This document shows positions 49,875 to 59,649 of a stretch of 64,000 nt of DNA, piece after piece. The stretch is from a bacterium (GTDB taxonomy: Bacteria; Electryoneota; Electryoneia; Electryoneales; Electryoneaceae). The position numbers were made by a program, and so were the translations under genes. Under the pieces are notes generated by a model that searched no databases, had not been told where the DNA came from, and saw only the letters and a program-made list of their open reading frames with translations. The DNA lies in NCBI GenBank assembly GCA_963675295.2, contig CAXXKJ010000002.1, forward strand, positions 4,128,001 to 4,192,000. The letters are read 5' to 3'. Each line of letters opens with the position of its first letter. Within the stretch, counting starts at the first letter, position 1.

Positions 49875-52874
49875 ATGCAGCCCCGGATCACGATCCGCCT
49901 GATGCTGGCGGTGTTGCTGGCGATTTTTGCGGGAACCGTTGCCTTCAGCGCGGACCCCGGCGACCATGAGATCAAGGACCGGGATGCGTTGAAACGTCTC
50001 GGCGCGGTGGTCGAGGATCGCGGGATCGGTCTGCTCGACAAGGGCGAGCTGGCCAACCTTATCACCAACATCGGGATCATCAGCGATTTCCATTTCGGCA
50101 CTCCGGCGCTGCACTGGCCGCGCAATGGAGAGGACGTGCAACACTACGGCTTCGGTGTCGGTCTGGTCGTGCTGGCGGACGGGCAGGTGGTCGCCTCGGT
50201 GCACGATCCCGATTCCCCGTTGCTCGATTACGGCTGGGAAGCCGAGCAGGGATCGCTCGGCGGCTTGTTCAACGATGTTCGTACGGACGACAACACGGCG
50301 GCCGACGAGGTGACGCCGTTCCTCGCGTTCTCCGACCGTCCGGCGACGTGGCCTGTGGTCGGCGGCGAACCCACCTGGCCCGGCCCGTTCCGGCGTGACC
50401 TCGCCAACCCCACTCAGGAGGTGGAAGGCGAATTCACCTCCGACCGTGACATTTACTCCGTCTTTCGTGACAAGCGAGATGTCGGCCTGCGAGTCGAACA
50501 GATCGCCTACTCGTACAGCCGCCCCTACGCGACTGACCTGATTTTCGTCCGCTACGTGCTGCACAACGACAGCGGCGCGGATTTGGATGAGGTCTACGCA
50601 GGTTTCTTCGCGGATCTCAAGGCGGATTTCTACGCCGACGACCGTATCGGCACGTGGTCGCTTGTCGATGGCGAGAAGTATCCGTCGTTCTTCTTCAAGC
50701 AGGACCTGAACGGCGTCCCGCAACGTGACGACTCATCCCTGTTCGAACAGTGGGTTGGACCGGTCGGCTGGATCGGCGCGGGGATTGTCGCGACGCCGGA
50801 CGACATGGGCGTGACCAGCTTCCACTACTACCACGACGACGAAAGTCCGGTCGAGGACGAAGATTTCAGCGCGATTCTGCGCAATGATCCGTCAGGCACG
50901 AACAACCCGGACTGGTATTTCCACGGCGACAATCCACAGTATGACGACGTCTCGGTGCAGGCCGAGGTGGACAAGGATGCGTTCCCCGGGTCGGAGATTA
51001 CGTTTACCTCAGGCGTGGGACCGTTCTCGCTTCCGGCGGGTGGCAGCGAGGAATTCGCGCTGGCATTCGTGATCGGCGCCGATTCAACGGAGCTGTACGA
51101 CAATGCCGCCACTGCCTACCAGATGGCGCGCGAGATGCACTACCAGGGGTCCGGCCCACCGGCGACTCCGACCCTGCGTGCGACACCGGGCGACGGCGAG
51201 GTTCTACTGAGCTGGGACAATGTCGCGGAAGGCAGCGTGGACGCATTCACCGGGCTGCGTGATTTCGAGGGCTACCGACTCTACAAGTCCACTGACGGCG
51301 GCCTGACCTGGGGCGATGTGGTCACCAACTGGTTCGGCGAACCATCCGGCTACGTGCCCATCTTCCAGTGCGATCTGGTCGACAGCTTCACCGGCCCGGA
51401 CCCTGCGTACGGTCCGGATTTCCCCAACGCGAATGTCTGGCTCGGCGACGACACCGGCCTCAAGCACAGCTACCTCGATACGGATGTCACCAACGGCGTC
51501 GAAACGTGGTACACGATCACCGCTTACGATCGTGGCTTGTACGATCCGGATGATCCTCTCGCCGCCGAACCGAGCTACGAAACCTCGTTCGGCAATTCCG
51601 CCAGCGACGCGAACACCGTTGCCGTCACTCCCGGCACCCGCGCCGGGGACTGGCGTGCGGGCACGGCGGGCGGGCTGATCGAACTGAACGGCGCGGTCAG
51701 TGACGGCTACATCGACATCGAAATTATCGACAGCGACGAGCTGACCGGCTACACCTACAACGTCACCTTCAATGATGTCGGCGACACGTTGTCCCTCGAG
51801 CCGGACACGGTTATCGTCGAGGAAACGTCACTGAATCTCGAGTGCCTGACTACCGGCACGAATGTGTTCACCGACATGCACAGCGGTAAGGAATTCGTCT
51901 ACTTCAACGTGCCACTGAGCATGGCACAGCCGGCGGTGGACGGTTTCCGTCTTATTGTGCAGGATGTGGACGGGACCGGCGTGCGGGACCTGGGTTGGAC
52001 CACGGTGAACGACGAAGAGAGCACCTTTACCTGGTGGACGGCGAACAACTACCCGTCGAATCCGTCCAGTTACGAGGAAGTGGTCGCGGGGGCGATGGAC
52101 TGGCGTGTCAGCATCACCGACTCACCTGTCGAATTTCGGACGACAACTCTTGGGTTTACCGAACAATTCCATGACACTTCGTTCGCAGCACCGCTTAAAC
52201 TGGAAGTGTCCGACAATGCTGCGGATGGTGTGTGGACCGATGTAACCGACTACGGCGCGTTTTCCGATCTCGTGTTTGCGTTCGGGCCGATTCCATCGCT
52301 GAGTCCGGTTGGTTGGGATCTCGAGCCGGGCGGGGCAGCGTGGAACCCGTCCACCCCACCGGACGGCACCCCGTTGTTCCCGGACATTCTGTGGTTGCGT
52401 GACGATGACGACGACACGTCCGGTGCGGAGGTGTGGCTGAAGACGAACAACGGGCCGCCGGATGCAATTCCGCCGAGCGTTGGCGACGTCTTCACGATTA
52501 TCACGTACAAGCCGTTCCGGCGGGGCCTGGTCTATGAATTCACCACCGAGGCTCCCTCCACGTCCGCAACTGTCGATCTCGGCGCGATTCGTGTGGTTCC
52601 GAACCCGTATATCGTGGATAGCGCCATGCGTGGCTCGGATGGCGAGGGGCAGGTGATGTTCACCAACCTGCCTTCCCGTTGCGACATCACGATTTACACC
52701 GTTGCCGGGCGCAAGGTGGCGGAGCTGACGCATGACAGCAGCGGCACGGAAGGATTTGCGTACTGGGATTTGCGCAACGAACACGGCCAGGACATTGCGT
52801 ACGGGGTGTACGTGTATGTCGTATCCACCCCGGACGGTGACAAGCATACAGGAAAATTGATGGTGATCCGGTAG
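49875..52874 (+). CDS. Large (~1000 aa) acidic secreted protein with an Fn3-like module and a variant T9SS-like CTD
   Basis: Signal peptide; PPATPTL...V.LSWD...DFEGYRLYKS; CTD IRVVPNPY...FTNLP...IYTVAG...WDLRN...GVYVYVV...GKLMVIR. Confidence 0.8.
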   Translation: MQPRITIRLMLAVLLAIFAGTVAFSADPGDHEIKDRDALKRLGAVVEDRGIGLLDKGELANLITNIGIISDFHFGTPALHWPRNGEDVQHYGFGVGLVVLADGQVVASVHDPDSPLLDYGWEAEQGSLGGLFNDVRTDDNTAADEVTPFLAFSDRPATWPVVGGEPTWPGPFRRDLANPTQEVEGEFTSDRDIYSVFRDKRDVGLRVEQIAYSYSRPYATDLIFVRYVLHNDSGADLDEVYAGFFADLKADFYADDRIGTWSLVDGEKYPSFFFKQDLNGVPQRDDSSLFEQWVGPVGWIGAGIVATPDDMGVTSFHYYHDDESPVEDEDFSAILRNDPSGTNNPDWYFHGDNPQYDDVSVQAEVDKDAFPGSEITFTSGVGPFSLPAGGSEEFALAFVIGADSTELYDNAATAYQMAREMHYQGSGPPATPTLRATPGDGEVLLSWDNVAEGSVDAFTGLRDFEGYRLYKSTDGGLTWGDVVTNWFGEPSGYVPIFQCDLVDSFTGPDPAYGPDFPNANVWLGDDTGLKHSYLDTDVTNGVETWYTITAYDRGLYDPDDPLAAEPSYETSFGNSASDANTVAVTPGTRAGDWRAGTAGGLIELNGAVSDGYIDIEIIDSDELTGYTYNVTFNDVGDTLSLEPDTVIVEETSLNLECLTTGTNVFTDMHSGKEFVYFNVPLSMAQPAVDGFRLIVQDVDGTGVRDLGWTTVNDEESTFTWWTANNYPSNPSSYEEVVAGAMDWRVSITDSPVEFRTTTLGFTEQFHDTSFAAPLKLEVSDNAADGVWTDVTDYGAFSDLVFAFGPIPSLSPVGWDLEPGGAAWNPSTPPDGTPLFPDILWLRDDDDDTSGAEVWLKTNNGPPDAIPPSVGDVFTIITYKPFRRGLVYEFTTEAPSTSATVDLGAIRVVPNPYIVDSAMRGSDGEGQVMFTNLPSRCDITIYTVAGRKVAELTHDSSGTEGFAYWDLRNEHGQDIAYGVYVYVVSTPDGDKHTGKLMVIR

Positions 52875-52975
52875 TTGAGTGGAGCGAACATCGAGGGACA
52901 CGATCCGCTTCACCATCGCAACATTTTCTACAGGATCAACAGCCCCGGAGGGGGGCGCATAACGAGGAGAATCGC

Positions 52976-53959
52976 ATGCGTATTGCTCTGACTTTCTTCC
53001 TGCTGGTACTGGTCTCCGGGATCAGTTCGGCGGATGTAATTTTCGAGGAACACTTCACCGACGGCAGCATCCAGGACGGCTGGTTCTCTCCGTGGCCGGA
53101 AGGCCAGGATATTGTGATCACTCCGGACCCGACCGCGCCGAGCGGCGATGGTTGGACCGGCAGTGTCGCCGGCGACCAGGCTTCCACCGCGCTCAACGGC
53201 ACCATGGACCTGGAAGATTACACGGTTGAATCCTGGATCTACACGATTGTCTCGAACGACGTCATGTTCCCGGTTTATAACGCCGTCGCGGCGCGTTGGG
53301 ACACGACCAACGGCAATTCGTACTACTATTTTACCACCATGTTCGGCTCGACCAAGAAAATGCGGCTGCGTCGCTATCCGGGCTCCGGCTTTGCCGCGGA
53401 AACCTTCATTGAATGGTCTGCCGCGGAGATTCCCGGCGGCGCCCCGACTGAGAGCAGCTGGCACAAGATGACGCTGCGTGTTTCCGGCGACGAGATCTGG
53501 TGCTACTGGGATGATCAATTGATGCCCGGCTGCCCGTACACCCCGTCAGCGGAATTCCGCCAGTACTCCGGGTTCTTCGGCATCTACGAGTTCTACATGG
53601 GCGACCAGGTTACCGAACCGGAAACGCGGTTTGACGATTTCATGGTCACCGATGAAAACAACGACGTCGACGAGATCACGATCGCACCGGTACCGAACTC
53701 ATCCATCGTCAGCTCGCTGTACCCGAACCCGTTCAACGCCAGCACCACGGTCACCTTCACCAATTCGGTTCCGGGTGATGTGACGCTGGCGGTGTGGGAC
53801 GTGCTCGGTCGACAGATGGCGACCCTTCAGCACGGGTTCCTCTCCCCCGGCGATTTCCGGGTGACGTGGGACGCGGCCGGCTATTCGACCGGCAACTACT
53901 TCATTACCGTGCAGCTCGGCGACAAGCAGGTGGTGCATCGCGCCGTGCTGACCAAGTAG
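52976..53959 (+). CDS. Secreted beta-sandwich (ConA/lectin-like) protein with a T9SS type-A CTD
   Basis: Signal peptide; WHKMTLRVSGDEIWCYWD, G.FGIY, RFDDFMV; CTD LYPNPFN...VWDVLGRQ...GNYFI. Confidence 0.7.
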   Translation: MRIALTFFLLVLVSGISSADVIFEEHFTDGSIQDGWFSPWPEGQDIVITPDPTAPSGDGWTGSVAGDQASTALNGTMDLEDYTVESWIYTIVSNDVMFPVYNAVAARWDTTNGNSYYYFTTMFGSTKKMRLRRYPGSGFAAETFIEWSAAEIPGGAPTESSWHKMTLRVSGDEIWCYWDDQLMPGCPYTPSAEFRQYSGFFGIYEFYMGDQVTEPETRFDDFMVTDENNDVDEITIAPVPNSSIVSSLYPNPFNASTTVTFTNSVPGDVTLAVWDVLGRQMATLQHGFLSPGDFRVTWDAAGYSTGNYFITVQLGDKQVVHRAVLTK

Positions 53960-54105
53960 CGCTTACTCAGGTTGTGACCAACTTTCGGGATCAGGCGAGG
54001 CGAGTCGTTTCGCCTGATTCCGGCGGTGTTGATCATGCGGGCGTGCGGAAGGTTGGTGGTTAGCACCGTCGCACACCCGCAGCAGCCCACAATGCGAGGT
54101 CTCGC

Positions 54106-56772
54106 ATGAGTCGTTGGAAACCGAATCACGGATGGGCGATCGCCAGCGTTCTGCTGGCGTTGTTGCTGCTTCCGGCAACGTTATTCGCCGCACCGGAGAT
54201 CGTGGTGCCGGGCAGCGTCGTCTTTCAGCTGTCGTACGCTGACGCCCTGCCGCAGGACGCGTCCGAGGGTGCCCTGTTGCGCACAGGTGACGCCGCGTTT
54301 GACGAGTGGTTGGGCACGATTGACGCCAGCAGCATGAAGAACGAATTCGGCGACCTGATGCCGGACATGCGTGTCGTGCGGTATGACGCAGACCGGCCGG
54401 GCGGGCAGATTCTGGACGAGCTGCGGGATTTCCCGTTTGTCGTGCAGGCGGACGCCAACTACGCATTCCCGTGGTCTGAGCTCACGCGAACCCCGTCTGA
54501 CCCGGAAGCGCCGGGCCAGTGGCACCATTACGCGATCAATTCGTATCGCGGCTGGGCGTTGGCGCAGGGGTCGGACGATATCATCATCGGCATCGTTGAC
54601 AGCGGTGTCGACTATGACCATCCCGATCTCGAGAGCAGCATCTGGGTTAATCCCGGTGAGGATCTGAACAACGACGGTATCTGGGACGCTTCCGACGTTG
54701 ACGGTCTCGACAACGACGACAACGGCTACATCGACGACGGCATCGGCTGGGATTTTGTCACCGAGACCGAAGTCTTTCCCGGTGACGATCCGGGTCCGCC
54801 AGACAACGATCCCAACGATTTCGACGGACACGGCACCCACTGTTCCGGCGATGCTGCCGCGACCACGAACAACGGCATCGGTGTTGCCGCTCCCGGTTGG
54901 GGCTGCAAGATCGGCGCGTTGCGGGCGGGCTGGACGACGACAGGCGGCCTCGGGGTTGTCGGTCTGCTTGAGGCGACCAATGCCATCACCTATGCCATGA
55001 ACCACGGTTTCGATGTCATCTCGATGAGCTTTGGTGGACCGGGCGGCGATCCGTTCTACTTCCAGCAGGCGATGCAGATGGCGTATGACGCTGGCCTGAT
55101 CCTCGTCGCGGCAGCTGGCAATGAAAGCTCGAATGTGCCGCAGTATCCCGCCGCCGAGGACATGGTGATCGCCGTCGCCGCGACCGACCAGAACGATGAG
55201 CTGGCCGATTTCTCCAGCTGGGGCGACTGGGTCACCTTGGCCGCGCCCGGTGTCGCGATTTACAGTACCACGAATGCGGGCGGCTACGGCCAGCAGGGCG
55301 GTACCAGCATGGCGTGCCCGATTGTTGCCGGTTCCATCGCCAACCTGATGAGCATCGCGCCGCCGGGCTGGACTAACGACGACATCATCTTCCGGCTCAC
55401 CTCCACTGCGCGTGAAATTCCGGTTCCGGGCACCGGCGCCGGTATTGTCGACCTCGGCGCATTGCTTGACGTGTACGTCTCGGTCGACTCGGTCTGGGTG
55501 TACGATGGCGTCGTGCCGCACATCATTCACGGGCAGGAAGGCACCTTCGGCATGCGCTGGCAGAAGCATGACCAGAGCGCGCAGGAAGTGTCGCTGAAGC
55601 TGACCTGCGACGAACCCCGGGTCACGCTTGGTGCTGATTCGCTGTGGATCGGGATCGTGACACAGGGCCAGTCTGGAAACTTCGAGGTGCCGGTAACTGT
55701 CGCGCCCGGTGACGAGGATGTCGAGACGATTGACGTCGTCGCCCGCTTCCGTGGCTCGGATTTCTTCAACAACGATTTCGACTTCGAGCAGATCATCCCG
55801 CTACGTGTCGGCCAGGCACCGGTGCTGCTGATCGACGATGACCAGGGCGGCGCGGGCCGTATTGACACGTGGTATCTCAGTGCGATGGAGCAGGTCGGGG
55901 TGGAAACCGAAGCGATCAAACGGTCGGATATCTCGGTGCTGGCCGATTTTGTCGCGGGCTACGAGGCAATCATTTACGCGTCCGGCAGCCGCACCAGCAA
56001 CCATCTCACCGGGGATGACCTGGCCGTCTTCAGCGACTACCTGAACGACGGCGGCAAGATGCTGTTCTCCGGACAGAACATCGCTGAAGATCTGGCGGCG
56101 ACCAACCCGGACGTGCTCGACACCCTGTTCCACATCGAGCTGACTGAGCCCAACGCGAACCAGCTTGTGGTGCGTGGCATCGAAGGCCATCCGATCACCG
56201 ATGGCTTCTACCTCTTCCTCGCCGGTGAGGGGGGCGCGTGGAACCAGGACAACATCGACGTGCTCGCCGCTCAGGACGGCGCGGAACCGTTGTTCGTATT
56301 CAGCGCGGACCAGCCTGAGCGGTTGGCGGGTGTGCGAGTACAGGAAGGAATGCGCGACCTGGTTTTCTGCTCGTTCGGTCTGGAAGCAATCAACGATGAC
56401 TGGGTGAACGCGTCCACCCGTGCCGAGGTGCTCGACCGGATCTTCGTCGCCTGGGGCTTTGAGACTGGTGTCGCCGAACCGGGCAGGGACGGGTCAGGGC
56501 TGATCGCGGATGAGTTCGCCGTCTCCCGCCTGTGGCCGAATCCGACGAACGGGTTCGTGCAAAGTGTGATCACGTTGCCGTCACCGGGTCAGGTACGAAT
56601 CCGTGTGTTTGACCTGCTCGGACGGGAAGTGGATGCGTACGACTTCGCCGGTTCCGCCGGTCATAACCGTTTTTCTTGGCAGATGCCGGCGGGATTGAGT
56701 TCGGGGATGTATTTCCTCCGAGCCGAGCATCAGGCGGATGCACGGCAACAGCGTTTCCTGTATGTCAAGTGA
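54106..56772 (+). CDS. Secreted S8 subtilisin-like serine protease with a T9SS CTD
   Basis: Catalytic motifs IVDSGVD, GHGTHCSG, AAAGNE, GTSMACP; CTD LWPNPTN...VFDLLGREV...SSGMYFL. Confidence 0.93.
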   Translation: MSRWKPNHGWAIASVLLALLLLPATLFAAPEIVVPGSVVFQLSYADALPQDASEGALLRTGDAAFDEWLGTIDASSMKNEFGDLMPDMRVVRYDADRPGGQILDELRDFPFVVQADANYAFPWSELTRTPSDPEAPGQWHHYAINSYRGWALAQGSDDIIIGIVDSGVDYDHPDLESSIWVNPGEDLNNDGIWDASDVDGLDNDDNGYIDDGIGWDFVTETEVFPGDDPGPPDNDPNDFDGHGTHCSGDAAATTNNGIGVAAPGWGCKIGALRAGWTTTGGLGVVGLLEATNAITYAMNHGFDVISMSFGGPGGDPFYFQQAMQMAYDAGLILVAAAGNESSNVPQYPAAEDMVIAVAATDQNDELADFSSWGDWVTLAAPGVAIYSTTNAGGYGQQGGTSMACPIVAGSIANLMSIAPPGWTNDDIIFRLTSTAREIPVPGTGAGIVDLGALLDVYVSVDSVWVYDGVVPHIIHGQEGTFGMRWQKHDQSAQEVSLKLTCDEPRVTLGADSLWIGIVTQGQSGNFEVPVTVAPGDEDVETIDVVARFRGSDFFNNDFDFEQIIPLRVGQAPVLLIDDDQGGAGRIDTWYLSAMEQVGVETEAIKRSDISVLADFVAGYEAIIYASGSRTSNHLTGDDLAVFSDYLNDGGKMLFSGQNIAEDLAATNPDVLDTLFHIELTEPNANQLVVRGIEGHPITDGFYLFLAGEGGAWNQDNIDVLAAQDGAEPLFVFSADQPERLAGVRVQEGMRDLVFCSFGLEAINDDWVNASTRAEVLDRIFVAWGFETGVAEPGRDGSGLIADEFAVSRLWPNPTNGFVQSVITLPSPGQVRIRVFDLLGREVDAYDFAGSAGHNRFSWQMPAGLSSGMYFLRAEHQADARQQRFLYVK

Positions 56773-56782
56773 GGGAGGACGC

Positions 56783-57796
56783 ATGAACAGGTCGCTGCAA
56801 CGGGTAGGCTTGACGCTGCTGCTGGTGGCGGTGCTGCTGCCCGGACACGCTGCTGGGTTTGACAAGCCCGGCACCACCGCCGCCACTTTTCTGCAGATCA
56901 TTCCCGGCAGTCGTGTTCCGGCGATGGGTGGCGCGGGAGTCGCATTGGCCGGTGGCGCGGAAATGCTCGCGATCAACCCGGCCGCGATCGCCTCGGACCG
57001 GTTCTCGGCGTCGTTCGCTTACAACGACTGGTTCGCCGGGCTAGAGCATCAAACATTGGCCGTCACCGCTCCAGTCCGGCCCAATCTGCGCGTCGGGATT
57101 CACGCGATCTCGTTCGGCGGGGACGAATTCGAGCAGACGACGCTCGAGATGCAAAACGGGAACGGCGTCATGGTCGACTACGGCGATCTGGCGGTGGGTG
57201 CATCCGCGATCATGCAATTGACTGACCGTTTCACCGTCGGCATCACCGGGAAATACATCCGCCAGGACCTGTTCCATACCTCCGCGCAGACCGGCGCGCT
57301 TGACGTCGGCACGCTGCTGCACACCACGCTGGACGGTTTTTCCATCGGCATGGCGATGACCAACCTCGGCGGCGACATGCAGCTCACCGGGCAGGATCTG
57401 ATCGCCGACGCGGAGTCGGACAATGCCGCCGAAACCCGGCTGCACACGTCGAAATGGCCGTTGCCGCTGTCCTTCCAGTTCGGCTTCGGCTGGCGGCTGG
57501 TGGGCGAGCAGGACGCGTTCTGGCGGGACGATCTGCACGAGTTCACCCTCGCGGTCGACAGCCGGCATTTGAACGAAGGGATTACCACCGTGCACGCCGG
57601 CGCGGAATACGGGCTGTACGACATCGTCTTCCTGCGCGGCGGCCGCAGCCTGAACCACGACACCGAGGAGTGGTCGTTCGGCGGTGGCGTGCGGGTCAAC
57701 CTGCGCAGCCTGACCGTGAACGCCGACTTCGCCTACGCCGACATGGGCGACCTGAACTCAGTAAAGCGGGTGACGTTACGGATTTGCGGACGCTGA
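56783..57796 (+). CDS. PorV/PorQ-family outer-membrane beta-barrel
   Basis: Signal peptide; KPGTTAATFLQI.PGSR..AMGGA...NPA; GITGKYI, DVG, NLG, LP.SF, GAEY, DFAY. Confidence 0.85.
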   Translation: MNRSLQRVGLTLLLVAVLLPGHAAGFDKPGTTAATFLQIIPGSRVPAMGGAGVALAGGAEMLAINPAAIASDRFSASFAYNDWFAGLEHQTLAVTAPVRPNLRVGIHAISFGGDEFEQTTLEMQNGNGVMVDYGDLAVGASAIMQLTDRFTVGITGKYIRQDLFHTSAQTGALDVGTLLHTTLDGFSIGMAMTNLGGDMQLTGQDLIADAESDNAAETRLHTSKWPLPLSFQFGFGWRLVGEQDAFWRDDLHEFTLAVDSRHLNEGITTVHAGAEYGLYDIVFLRGGRSLNHDTEEWSFGGGVRVNLRSLTVNADFAYADMGDLNSVKRVTLRICGR

Positions 57797-57938
57797 CCCC
57801 GGCTGGGCGCAGCATTCACCAACAGGTAAGGCGAATGGCGATCACCAACTGGTGAGACGGATCTGGAACGAATTGCATTCGATAATCGTCCTGCGGCACG
57901 TGTGAATCGCCCGACTGCTATCATTCCCAACAACAAAC

Positions 57939-57975
57939 AAGCGGCCCTCGGTAATCTACCGGGACCGCTTCTTTT
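57939..57975. terminator. Intrinsic terminator-like hairpin, possibly bidirectional
   Basis: AAGCGGCCCTCGGTA ATC TACCGGGACCGCTT followed by CTTTT. Confidence 0.6.
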
Positions 57976-57979
57976 CGTG

Positions 57980-58024
57980 TGCGCCATCAGGGACTTGAAC
58001 CCCGAACCTGCGGATTAAGAGTCC
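57980..58024 (-). tRNA. 3' half of tRNA-Lys(CTT); non-functional fragment, probable att site
   Basis: Minus strand reads GGA CTCTTAA TCC GCAGGTT CGGGG TTCAAGT CCCTG ATGGCGC A: anticodon loop, T-arm and acceptor 3' strand. The D-arm and 5' strand are absent. Confidence 0.88.
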
Positions 58025-58535
58025 AAAAAATACTAATTGCGTATCAAGTTGATTTTTAGCTTGTTATCAATCTAAGTGGTATTAAAATCAGCTATATAGC
58101 GTTCACTTTTCGTTCGTTTTTAGCCCTGATCATCCTTCCGAATACCTTGTGATCTTCGCATCCCATTTCGCTATGCCCACCTATTGCCCACCAAAATTCC
58201 AGGTGGTTTCTGCTTTCTATCTGTGTCGAGAAAGATGAGTCTGGACTCTCCAAAGAGGCATTTCTGATCACCACTGATCATCACTGATTGTTGATCAACA
58301 ATCCCGTAGACAGCCGTATCCCACCACATAGTCATTTATTATCACTAAGTGTCGCTAAAACAACATTTTGATTCAAAGGGTAATCAATGCATCTTCCTCC
58401 CAGCAGTTCAAAATCTGTGCTTGGAAAGTTGCTCTTTGACAAGCGAGTCATATCCAGTGTGAAGTGCGAATCTGGTCGCATCAAACAGCGTCACCTACCA
58501 GAAATTGGGTGACCACGTAGACAAGGAGTTTAAAG

Positions 58536-58910
58536 ATGAACGAGCATGAATTGGGTCAGGACACTGAAGAAAACAGTGCTGATGATACAATTAACCAGCA
58601 TCCCGAACCAAAGGATGGAACACAGAGTGCTTCAGCTTATGCTGAACATGTCACAAGTGACAGTGCACTAAGCAAGGGCGAGTTCCTGTTCGGTGGGAGA
58701 AAGTATTACTCCATCAAACGGACGCAGGAAATCCTGCATGAGCGTGGCACAGATGCATCCGATTCCTTCATTCGCGGCAAACTGAAATCAAAGCAGTTAG
58801 CCTCGTACAGGATGAACGGTCGCAGAAGATTATTCATACCCGTTGAAGATTTTGAACGGTTCTTCGACGAAGGTGGATTCGCAATGCAGCTTGTCCCCGC
58901 GTATGAATAA
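58536..58910 (+). CDS. Excisionase-like HTH DNA-binding protein
   Basis: AAGGAG RBS; YYSIKRTQEIL...FIRGKLKSKQLASYRMNGRRRLFIPVEDFERF resembles Xis/HTH_17. Confidence 0.65.
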   Translation: MNEHELGQDTEENSADDTINQHPEPKDGTQSASAYAEHVTSDSALSKGEFLFGGRKYYSIKRTQEILHERGTDASDSFIRGKLKSKQLASYRMNGRRRLFIPVEDFERFFDEGGFAMQLVPAYE

Positions 58911-58923
58911 GCCGTAGAGAAAT

Positions 58924-58948
58924 CAAGGGCGGTGTAGTGCCGCCCTTG
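58924..58948. terminator. GC-rich hairpin after the HTH gene
   Basis: CAAGGGCGGT GTAGT GCCGCCCTTG; no clear U-tract. Confidence 0.45.
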
Positions 58949-59018
58949 GTGATACTGATGGTTGAACAGAGTTGGGCTTTTTTTCAGCGAAACCAAAGAA
59001 TTGATGAGGAACGTAAAG

Positions 59019-59561
59019 ATGGATGTGAAGAAGATACCAGTCCCATGGACAGTATATGTGATTACTGATGATGTGGGCGATCAGGAAATAGAAGTAATCG
59101 TGCAACGGCTTAAGGACGACCATGATAATGATAAGAGCACTAAAGACACGATGGATAGTGCTATTCGAATCATGGAAAACGCACACAAAAATGGTGGCGT
59201 TGCTTACGACTGGCATGAATACGATTTTCTTACAGTCTACTTAGCGCCGGATGCAGTATCGTCGTTTATTGAGAAAGGCGTCTACTTACTCGTGGACTTA
59301 GTCAACACAGAAGAGTACAAACATCAAGTTCTTATACGTCCATTTAATATGGCGTATGTCCCGTACATAAGTGAAGGATTTATTTACTGCCGTTACGAAC
59401 GAGATCTAACATATGAAGATCGAAAAATAATAAATGGATGGAATGGCAACCATCATTGGTGTTGTCAAAGCCAAAGGGGTGCGATTCATGCCCTGGAGCA
59501 AAACAGTCCATTGAGATCTGTTGTTGAACAAGAAAGAATGTTATTGAATAATAGACATTAA
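59019..59561 (+). CDS. Hypothetical protein (AT-rich)
   Basis: Open frame with GAGG upstream of ATG 59019; no recognised motif; start uncertain. Confidence 0.55.
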   Translation: MDVKKIPVPWTVYVITDDVGDQEIEVIVQRLKDDHDNDKSTKDTMDSAIRIMENAHKNGGVAYDWHEYDFLTVYLAPDAVSSFIEKGVYLLVDLVNTEEYKHQVLIRPFNMAYVPYISEGFIYCRYERDLTYEDRKIINGWNGNHHWCCQSQRGAIHALEQNSPLRSVVEQERMLLNNRH

Positions 59562-59649
59562 TATTTATTTCTTGGTTTCTAAAACATCAATGATGAAGGA
59601 TTACCTGGCATAAGAGCTTGTAGGTCAAACATAACCAAAGGAGTAGGTC

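Noticed and set aside
21-57987. Many long alternative ORFs (e.g. 21..1118+, 8840..10264+, 13520..14866+, 21236..22735-, 38807..41062-, 54181..55569-)
   Set aside because: They are antisense or off-frame shadows of well-supported genes in high-GC DNA and carry no recognisable motifs.
57980-58024. Functional tRNA-Lys gene
   Set aside because: The D-arm and 5' acceptor strand are missing, replaced by AT-rich sequence, so it was kept only as an att fragment.
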